From positions 1 through 52,003 of the IMG/VR virus record IMGVR_UViG_3300032163_000019: a stretch of DNA of 52,003 nt. The stretch is one strand, 5' to 3'. Numbering within the stretch: position 1 is the first letter of the stretch; each line of letters starts with the position of its first letter. Shown here piece after piece: positions 45,495-52,003 of the stretch. The notes under the pieces were generated by a model. It worked only from the letters and a program-made list of their open reading frames with translations, was not told the origin of the DNA and did not search any database. The DNA is from a virus (taxonomy: Duplodnaviria > Caudoviricetes). A program made the position numbers and the translations under genes.

Positions 45495-45875
45495 ATGGCT
45501 GGTAGTAGCGCCTCGGTTACATACGAGGAGGAAAACCCGGTTAAAAAGATACTGATTGACTGGGTATCGGATGACGCGACTGGGGCGGTATCCGTGAGTA
45601 CAAAAAAGATTACCGGACGTATAGTCAGGCTAGTCACCGATCCGGGGGCGGCGGCCCCCACGGCGGCGTATGACGTGACGTTAACCGATCCGGAAGGACT
45701 GGATGTATTGAAAGGATTGGGTGCGGATAGATCGGCCACGGTAACGGAGGACGTTAATATTGTTTATACCGGCACGAGTGACCACCCGTATGTCAACGAT
45801 GTGTTGGCGTTGAACATTACTAATGCCGGGAACAGCAAAAACGGGCAAGTAATAATTTACACTATCGGTGGGTAG
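45495..45875 (+). CDS. Virion structural protein
   Basis: TDPG..APT..YD motif; context. Confidence 0.6.
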   Translation: MAGSSASVTYEEENPVKKILIDWVSDDATGAVSVSTKKITGRIVRLVTDPGAAAPTAAYDVTLTDPEGLDVLKGLGADRSATVTEDVNIVYTGTSDHPYVNDVLALNITNAGNSKNGQVIIYTIGG

Positions 45876-45878
45876 GGC

Positions 45879-47504
45879 ATGGCCATGCTTGCGGGTAAAT
45901 ATAATTCGCGTTATCAGGTTAAACGCGAATATGTGGGGGTATCGGGAGATGTTAAACCGAATGACCTTGACCTCCCCGTTGGATCGACGTTTTACGAAAC
46001 CGATACAGAACGAGATTATGTTTACACGGGGAGTTACTGGAGACGGCATAGCAAAAATGTAACGATGTCATTGAGCGATTCGTCCGCCGTGGATGCCTTT
46101 GGTAAACTCCGTGTGGCGTCGCCGGTAACGTTGTTCGATGATAAAAATATCCATTCGCGGAACGAGGCGTTGTGGGAAGAGCCGCTTATTGGGGCGGTCA
46201 TCGTCCATGGGGCGGTGACGGGGGGCCCGTTTGTAGCGGGTGAAATCATCACGGGCGGTACTAGTGGGAGTGTGGGGAATATTTCCGCCGTTAACAGTAT
46301 TGCGTCAACGATTACGTATTCCGTAAACCATAATGATTTTATAGTTGGCGAAACCATCACGGGCGGTACTAGCGGCGCTACCGCGGCGGTAATAAGTTTT
46401 GATACTGGATCACATATTTTATACGATAGAAATACGGCGTCCGTGATTTTACAGTGCGGCGCTATCGCGGGGGATCAAGCGGTTCGCCAAACGCACAGAT
46501 ACTTTCCGGGGATATTTGGAAAATCACAAGAGATTTTTGGCACGGTGAATTTTGGCGCCGCCGTGTCGAATGTACGCAAGCGGTGGGGATACTTTGATAT
46601 TAGTAATGGCTTGTTCGTTGAGCAGACGATATCGGGGATATCGTTTGTAGTGAGGTCTAAAACTACGGGGGCGGTGATAGATACGCTTATCCCGCAAGCG
46701 AACTGGAGCGTGGATAAGATGGACGGTGGCGGACCGAGTGGCGCCGCATTAGATTTTACAAAGACGCAACTTATAGTAATAGATTTTCAGTGGGGCGGGG
46801 CGGGGCGTATCCGGTTCGGTTTTTTTTACAAAGGCCGGTTGATTTACGCGCATGAACAGAATTATGTGAACGTGGTGACGTCGGTATATATGTCAACGTT
46901 ATCGTTGCCGCTTCGCGCGGAGGTGGCGAATACCGGCGGTACGGTTGGCGTTAATACTATGCGTATGATTTGCGGAACGATAGTTAGTAACGGCGGTGAA
47001 TCGATGGTTGGAAACGGATATACCGTTTCAAACGATATTGTGGGAAGGGCCGTGACGGCCACGGCGGCGGTTCCAATTATCGCCGTCCGCGTAAAAAGCG
47101 CGCATCCGAACGGCGGTGATAACCGTATCGCGGCGGAGTTGTACGGAATGGGTATATTTTGTACGGGTAATAATATACACTACGAATTACGTCGTATACA
47201 TGATCCATCGTCCATGACCGCCACGTGGGCGGATGTAGGTAACGGTAGCGGGCTGGAATTCAGCGTTAACATCGCCGCTATATCTGGTGGGCGGATGAAT
47301 CTTGTGGAAGAGGGATACGCCGCGGTGAGCCAAGGGGGAAAGGGAAGCGAGACGTTGGTGGCGGTTACCACTAGACGAGACCAATACCGTTATATAATGC
47401 AAAACTATAACTCTACAAACTCGGAAGTGTTCGCCGTATTTGCGCAATCGTTGGGCGGAAACGCTACGGCGTATGCGCATTTAACGTGGATAGAAACCGA
47501 ATAA
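45879..47504 (+). CDS. Large virion protein (head fibre/spike-like)
   Basis: DAFGKLRV, GEIITGGTSG repeats and IDFQWGGAGRIRFG lectin-like region. Confidence 0.6.
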   Translation: MAMLAGKYNSRYQVKREYVGVSGDVKPNDLDLPVGSTFYETDTERDYVYTGSYWRRHSKNVTMSLSDSSAVDAFGKLRVASPVTLFDDKNIHSRNEALWEEPLIGAVIVHGAVTGGPFVAGEIITGGTSGSVGNISAVNSIASTITYSVNHNDFIVGETITGGTSGATAAVISFDTGSHILYDRNTASVILQCGAIAGDQAVRQTHRYFPGIFGKSQEIFGTVNFGAAVSNVRKRWGYFDISNGLFVEQTISGISFVVRSKTTGAVIDTLIPQANWSVDKMDGGGPSGAALDFTKTQLIVIDFQWGGAGRIRFGFFYKGRLIYAHEQNYVNVVTSVYMSTLSLPLRAEVANTGGTVGVNTMRMICGTIVSNGGESMVGNGYTVSNDIVGRAVTATAAVPIIAVRVKSAHPNGGDNRIAAELYGMGIFCTGNNIHYELRRIHDPSSMTATWADVGNGSGLEFSVNIAAISGGRMNLVEEGYAAVSQGGKGSETLVAVTTRRDQYRYIMQNYNSTNSEVFAVFAQSLGGNATAYAHLTWIETE

Positions 47505-47511
47505 TAATGGT

Positions 47512-47808
47512 ATGGATACAAATACTTTGAGCGATGACAAGCGGCATGGTGGCGGAGCCATTCAAAGCATGACGCTAAAACTGGATATGATGCTGTCGGA
47601 CGTGGCGGCTATCAAAACAGATTTAAAAATCATTGAGACCAAACTAGACATGATCGACGGGCGGGGTTGTTCAAAATCAAATGAACAATTGGAAATGTTG
47701 GACGGGAAAATAAACGCGCTTGGCGCGAAAGTGAGCGCTATGGCCGGAGCCGCGGCGGTAGTGAGTATTATTTTTTCAACCGTATTAGCCAAGCTAGGAA
47801 TGAAATAA
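47512..47808 (+). CDS. Coiled-coil protein with a C-terminal membrane anchor
   Basis: Heptad pattern plus hydrophobic tail. Confidence 0.6.
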   Translation: MDTNTLSDDKRHGGGAIQSMTLKLDMMLSDVAAIKTDLKIIETKLDMIDGRGCSKSNEQLEMLDGKINALGAKVSAMAGAAAVVSIIFSTVLAKLGMK

Positions 47809-48647
47809 TGTCGCTACTTAGTTTAACGACGGACGTGTTGCCGTATTTGAAGATGGCCGCGGATGATAGTTACGGGAATGTATCCCGTATCCATCTGGCG
47901 ATGGAGAAATACGCCGAGACTTGCTGTAACAGAGTTTTTGAATCCGATACTTACGAGGAAAAAATACCGTCATTTGTTGGGGGGAACGTCAACCTAAAAA
48001 ACTATCCCATCATTTCCGTTAGTAACGTAACGACGGAACTTTTGCGGGTAGTACGTGTGCGAAACACTAATGCGTACACTACCGCTACGGTACAGGTGAC
48101 TAGTACGGGGGTTATTCTCGCTTATAACGGCGCGGTGAACACGGTTTTATTTTCCGCGTACTCCACGCTAGGAGCGGTAGTAACCCAGATTAATGCCGTT
48201 GGTAGTGGTTGGGACGCGCAAATAGCTAGCTCCGCTTATGCCGGCATACTATCCACGAGTTTAATGCTTGAGTATGGCCAGGCGGCCATTGATAACAGGG
48301 AAGTATGGCTGACTGTACTCGGCGCTAATATTGGTTATACGATACTGGACGCTGACGCTGGGGTACTCAACACGGCGCCGCCGTTTGCGTATACGTCGGT
48401 GGCGCGAACGCTTGATCGCCCGTTGTACGTGGTTTATACGGCTGGATATACCGTGATTCCCAAAGATTTAAAGCAAGCGATACTTACGCTAATAGCGTAC
48501 CAATATGGACGGGTAATGGCTGGGGCAGAAGGCGTAAACTCATTTAGCATCGCCGATTATTCGGTGACATACGATGGTGGCGGTAATAGCGGGATTTTGC
48601 GTTCAGTAATGCGTTTGTTGGACAACTACAAAAACATAGTGTTTTGA
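47808..48647 (+). CDS. Head-tail connector (adaptor) with an insertion domain
   Basis: ETCCNRVF, LKNYPI and YTAGYTVIPKDLKQA motifs. Confidence 0.8.
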   Translation: MSLLSLTTDVLPYLKMAADDSYGNVSRIHLAMEKYAETCCNRVFESDTYEEKIPSFVGGNVNLKNYPIISVSNVTTELLRVVRVRNTNAYTTATVQVTSTGVILAYNGAVNTVLFSAYSTLGAVVTQINAVGSGWDAQIASSAYAGILSTSLMLEYGQAAIDNREVWLTVLGANIGYTILDADAGVLNTAPPFAYTSVARTLDRPLYVVYTAGYTVIPKDLKQAILTLIAYQYGRVMAGAEGVNSFSIADYSVTYDGGGNSGILRSVMRLLDNYKNIVF

Positions 48648-48649
48648 TT

Positions 48650-48970
48650 ATGGCGTTGATTGGGCCTAAAGTTTCCGTTACGCAACAGCGGGCGACGCGC
48701 GTGGCGGACGGTATTGGCGGATTTACGGAAACGTGGGCCGCCGTGGAAACGATGAACGTAACATTAAGTCCTATGAGCGAAACGGAAAAATTGCAGTACA
48801 GCAAAGATACTACCACGACTATTTATACGTTACACGTGGATCATGGCGGACGGGATATCAGGACGCAAGATAGATTTTTGTATGGGGCAAAAGTTTTGAA
48901 CGTCATTGCGGCGCCCATCCCTATGAGTATGTTATTTATGTACCGGTGCATTTTGATGGAAGTGCGTTAG
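48650..48970 (+). CDS. Head closure protein (SPP1 gp16-like)
   Basis: DGIGGFTETW motif; position. Confidence 0.8.
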   Translation: MALIGPKVSVTQQRATRVADGIGGFTETWAAVETMNVTLSPMSETEKLQYSKDTTTTIYTLHVDHGGRDIRTQDRFLYGAKVLNVIAAPIPMSMLFMYRCILMEVR

Positions 48971-48991
48971 TTTATTTTGAGAGGATACGCT

Positions 48992-49711
48992 ATGAACTGG
49001 AAATCGATATTGGATTTTATAAAACGGCTGTTGGCGACTTTGCTGAAGGTGAACGCCGCGCCGTCCGTGGTTGCGCCGTCCGTGGTTGCGCCGTCCGTGG
49101 TTGCGCCGTCCGTGGTTGCGCCGTCCGTGGTTGCGCCGTCCGTTGTGGGCGCTGATATTAAATATGGCCCTTTTGAGGGAGGCGAAAGTTATACGTTTGA
49201 TACTCCGCCTAGCGCGCTATCGTTAAACGTCGCATTTTCGTTTGAAGGATTGGACCATCGAAAATGCGCGGATTACGACGCCTGGCTATGGGCTATTAGA
49301 GGCCGGAGCGATTCCGGAGCGGAGTACAACGTTCAGTTGCACGTTTACAGAGAGTCCACGCTTGGCGTGGATATTAGATTTATTACGCAAAACCACGGTA
49401 TCCCTTCCCACGGTAAATCTTTTTCAGAATACCCGGATCATATACCGCGGGTAGAACTATTTCCCGGAAATAGATACGATGTGCGCATCGTGGGGCCAGT
49501 ACGTCATACGGAAAAAGATTACATGGTCTGGAGGATGACGTGGGAGTGCGCGGGAGTGCGCGTGGGCACGTGGGAGGTACTATATATGGGATTGTTTAGC
49601 GCCATAGAATCCATGCGCGTGGGCAATGGAGGTATTTTTGAAGGGAAACACGGCAGGGCCGCTCAAGACGCCCCGCTGACCGTAATTAACCCAGTCGCGC
49701 GCTTCGGCTAA
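48992..49711 (+). CDS. Inserted hypothetical protein with an (APSVV)6 linker
   Basis: GAGGA RBS; amphipathic N-terminus, repeat linker, beta-rich domain. Confidence 0.65.
   Translation: MNWKSILDFIKRLLATLLKVNAAPSVVAPSVVAPSVVAPSVVAPSVVAPSVVGADIKYGPFEGGESYTFDTPPSALSLNVAFSFEGLDHRKCADYDAWLWAIRGRSDSGAEYNVQLHVYRESTLGVDIRFITQNHGIPSHGKSFSEYPDHIPRVELFPGNRYDVRIVGPVRHTEKDYMVWRMTWECAGVRVGTWEVLYMGLFSAIESMRVGNGGIFEGKHGRAAQDAPLTVINPVARFG
49058..49147 (+). repeat. 15-bp tandem repeat x6 (GCGCCGTCCGTGGTT)
   Basis: Read directly from the sequence. Confidence 0.95.
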
Positions 49712-49716
49712 AACCA

Positions 49717-50142
49717 ATGTTTATGATTACTCAACTGGTACTGGCCGCGGTGATGGCGGCCGCCGTCACCACTTCGGCGGTTAAACCCGTGAACTCCACG
49801 GAGGAAGCGGTAAGAGTATTCATACAAAAATACTACCAAGGTGATAAAGCTTATGCCGCCAGGTTTTTAGGCGAATATTGGTATCCGGGCAACCGGAACG
49901 AAATTATGATTCGGGCTTACGCTAACACCGCGTCGAAAGCGACACTTGAAAAAGTGGCCATCGTATTCAGTGATTCCCCGGGGGGAACGTTGATTATTTC
50001 CGTTTCTATCCTGGGTAGTAGGCCGGAAGGTTCGTTCACCGGAACATTTGTTTTTACCGTGTATGAAGGCAAAATACTCAGCCTCTTGCCGGTTGAACGG
50101 ATGAAACGTAACGACAAAACTCCTAAAATATTATACCACTAG
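49717..50142 (+). CDS. Hypothetical protein with a signal-peptide-like N-terminus
   Basis: LVLAAVMAAAVTTSA. Confidence 0.6.
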   Translation: MFMITQLVLAAVMAAAVTTSAVKPVNSTEEAVRVFIQKYYQGDKAYAARFLGEYWYPGNRNEIMIRAYANTASKATLEKVAIVFSDSPGGTLIISVSILGSRPEGSFTGTFVFTVYEGKILSLLPVERMKRNDKTPKILYH

Positions 50143-50145
50143 TAT

Positions 50146-50550
50146 ATGGCGGATATAAAATGGTACGGGGAAAAGGAGTATCAGCGCCTGTTTGTCATCG
50201 TACAAAAAAACATGCTTACCGCGGCGATAGTCATCGAAAGCCAGATAAAGCGCGTAATCAACCGGAAAAAGATCGTTGATACCGGGCGGTTATTATCTAG
50301 CATAACGTTTGCGACGGGCGCTGGTGAAAGTAGTAGCGTATCGGGAGCCGCGGCAAAAGCGGGAGACAGCGCCATATCTTCCCCCGGCAATACCGCTACA
50401 TTGATTACGGCGCGGGCGGGAACAAGGGTACATTACGCTCCCCATTTGGAATTCGGAACGGAGAAAATGGCCGCAAGACCGTTTATTCGGACGGGGTTCG
50501 CCGAAGCGAAAGCCCAGGTTGTAAAAATATTACTTCGCCGTAATGTATAA
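50146..50550 (+). CDS. HK97 gp10-like tail completion protein
   Basis: VDTGRLLSSI and YAPHLEFGTEKMAARPF motifs. Confidence 0.88.
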   Translation: MADIKWYGEKEYQRLFVIVQKNMLTAAIVIESQIKRVINRKKIVDTGRLLSSITFATGAGESSSVSGAAAKAGDSAISSPGNTATLITARAGTRVHYAPHLEFGTEKMAARPFIRTGFAEAKAQVVKILLRRNV

Positions 50551-50553
50551 ACT

Positions 50554-50982
50554 ATGAATGAATCGTTTATTGAACCGTTAACGGCTAGCGTATACGGCAA
50601 ACTCACGGTGTCTAATGCTTTCGCCACGGCGATGGGTGGCCGCATTTTTTATGAGCAGTATAAAAGCGTTGACGGATCATTGCCGGTTACGTTTCCGTAT
50701 GCGATATTTTTTTACGTGGCGGATACGCCGGAATACACGTTTACGTCGAACAAAGAAAACGTGTTGTTACAGATATCCGTTTTCGATACCGCATCGTCCG
50801 CGGTGAGTATGCTCGCATATATTAGCCAGTTGACGGCGTTAATGGATTTTGTTTCGTTAACGCCAACTGGATGGACGTTGATCGAGTGCAGGCGGCAAAG
50901 CATTGACGTCATATCGCCGGACGCGGTTAAAGGAGCGCGGCACGGGGTGGTAACGTATCGGATACTGGGTCAAAAGGTATGA
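50554..50982 (+). CDS. Tail terminator (DUF3168-like)
   Basis: FPYA, QISVFD and HGVVTYR motifs; precedes the tube gene. Confidence 0.8.
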   Translation: MNESFIEPLTASVYGKLTVSNAFATAMGGRIFYEQYKSVDGSLPVTFPYAIFFYVADTPEYTFTSNKENVLLQISVFDTASSAVSMLAYISQLTALMDFVSLTPTGWTLIECRRQSIDVISPDAVKGARHGVVTYRILGQKV

Positions 50983-51028
50983 TACAATAATCGTATGGAT
51001 AATATAACCATTTTAAGGAGATTTTATA

Positions 51029-51400
51029 ATGGCTGCTATCACTGGTAAATCTGGAGCGGTCACTGTGGCCGCTGGCGAGGTTAACGGTATAAAAAACTGG
51101 TCCGTGGATTATGCGTTTGATCCGCTTGATGTGACGGACTATCAGAGTGACGGGGTGCGGGAGGTTATCGCCGGGCGGTCTCAGTGGTCTGGATCGTTTG
51201 ACGGCGATAAAGACGGGGCTCCGCTAACCACGATAGGAACTGTTGTGGCGCTTGTGCTGAAAGAGTCAGACACCGCTAATCAGCAGTGGAGCGGCCAGGC
51301 GTTGTTGACTGGGATTAGCGCGGCGGCGCCCTCCGATGGCGTGGTGACTTACAGCTACAAATTTGAGGGAACGGGCGTTCTCACTTTGGCCACGGCGTAA
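51029..51400 (+). CDS. Tail tube (major tail) protein
   Basis: AAGGAG RBS; MAAITGKSG...WSVD...WSGSFDG...FEGTG pattern. Confidence 0.82.
   Translation: MAAITGKSGAVTVAAGEVNGIKNWSVDYAFDPLDVTDYQSDGVREVIAGRSQWSGSFDGDKDGAPLTTIGTVVALVLKESDTANQQWSGQALLTGISAAAPSDGVVTYSYKFEGTGVLTLATA
51086..51219 (+). repeat. 134-bp identical direct repeat shared with 51905..52003 plus 93..127
   Basis: Direct comparison; a second 47-bp identical block at 51293-51339 equals 201-247. Confidence 0.9.
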
Positions 51401-51415
51401 CAGGAGGTATTAACT

Positions 51416-52003
51416 ATGGCGGCTATAACGGGTAAAACGGGCAGGCTATACGGCGCTCCGTTACTGGTGGAAGATTGCGAAGACACGTGGGGGGAACATG
51501 TCGAGGGGGGGGTAACGTTATCTACGATCACCGGTAAGGACATTAACGGCGGTAATGCTGTACGCGCTACCGCCGTTACGGTAGGCGCGGGGGCGTTGTT
51601 AATGTCGGAGGCGATTACTAAAAATCTTACCGCATACCACGGTATATCTTTTTGGGTCAGATCGAGCGTGAATACGGCGGCGGGTGATTTACGTTTACTT
51701 TTGGACGATAACGCGGAATGCGTTTCACCGTTGGAAAACTTGCTAATCCCGGCATTGACGGCGAACACATGGAGGTTGTGTAACTTGCGGTTAGCCACCC
51801 CGTCGTTGTTGGGAGCAGTGATATCTGTAGGACTGTATCAGCAGGTAAATTTGGCGGATGGAACATTTGATGTTGATTCCGTGTACGCGCTAAAAGAAGT
51901 CGCGGGTATAAAAAACTGGTCCGTGGATTATGCGTTTGATCCGCTTGATGTGACGGACTATCAGAGTGACGGGGTGCGGGAGGTTATCGCCGGGCGGTCT
52001 CAG
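51416..52003 (+). CDS. 5' part of the second tail-tube protein, carrying an inserted carbohydrate-binding-like domain (not in the ORF track)
   Basis: CAGGAGG RBS and MAAITGKTG start; about 145-aa insert (LVEDCED...NLTAYHGISFWVRSS...NTWRL...FDVDSV), then rejoins the tube sequence. Confidence 0.82.
   Translation, partial: MAAITGKTGRLYGAPLLVEDCEDTWGEHVEGGVTLSTITGKDINGGNAVRATAVTVGAGALLMSEAITKNLTAYHGISFWVRSSVNTAAGDLRLLLDDNAECVSPLENLLIPALTANTWRLCNLRLATPSLLGAVISVGLYQQVNLADGTFDVDSVYALKEVAGIKNWSVDYAFDPLDVTDYQSDGVREVIAGRSQ

Noticed and set aside
1-52003. Diversity-generating retroelement or retron behind the paralogs and hairpins
   Set aside because: No reverse transcriptase motif recognised, and differences between repeats are not adenine-specific.
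1-52003. Stop-codon reassignment
   Set aside because: Core genes are full length in the standard code, and TAA, TAG and TGA all end genes at sensible boundaries.
1-52003. tRNA genes or self-cleaving ribozymes in the structured intergenic regions
   Set aside because: No cloverleaf with a T-loop GTTCRA, and no hammerhead or twister core found by eye; a covariance search could overturn this.

Overview
The window is an apparently complete, circularly permuted ~51.9 kb tailed phage genome with siphovirus-like organisation; bases 1-92 repeat 51912-52003. Nearly all genes lie on the + strand, in three blocks. (1) Virion and lysis genes run from 38.9 kb across the junction to 10.2 kb: HK97-type portal, protease and capsid, duplicated tail-tube genes, a frameshifting tail chaperone, tape measure, a DUF5675-like endolysin and a holin. 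(2) Replication, DNA-modification and packaging genes occupy 11.3-31.2 kb: SNF2 and UvrD helicases, an SSB-like protein, AEP primase, RNA ligase, a beta-clamp-like protein, two methyltransferases, PolA and the terminases. (3) An accessory island at 31.3-38.2 kb separates terminase from portal. I recognised no integrase, CI repressor, reverse transcriptase, cas gene or tRNA. The most striking unexplained structure is a cassette system. A conserved hairpin-plus-RBS leader (CCCGG-N6-CCGGG-AGTAATAAAAA...AAGGAGG) precedes about 8 small genes. Their cargo is dominated by two paralog families (hexapeptide-repeat and Ala/Trp helical proteins), the island sits behind a sigma54/IHF promoter, and one cassette lies displaced in the replication module. 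Also notable are a 26-bp hairpin whose loop is antisense to the start of the only divergent regulator, two diverged origin-like iteron/IHF/A-tract elements at the module boundaries, and an orphan HigA with a HigB scar. All functional calls come from motif recognition by eye, not database searches.
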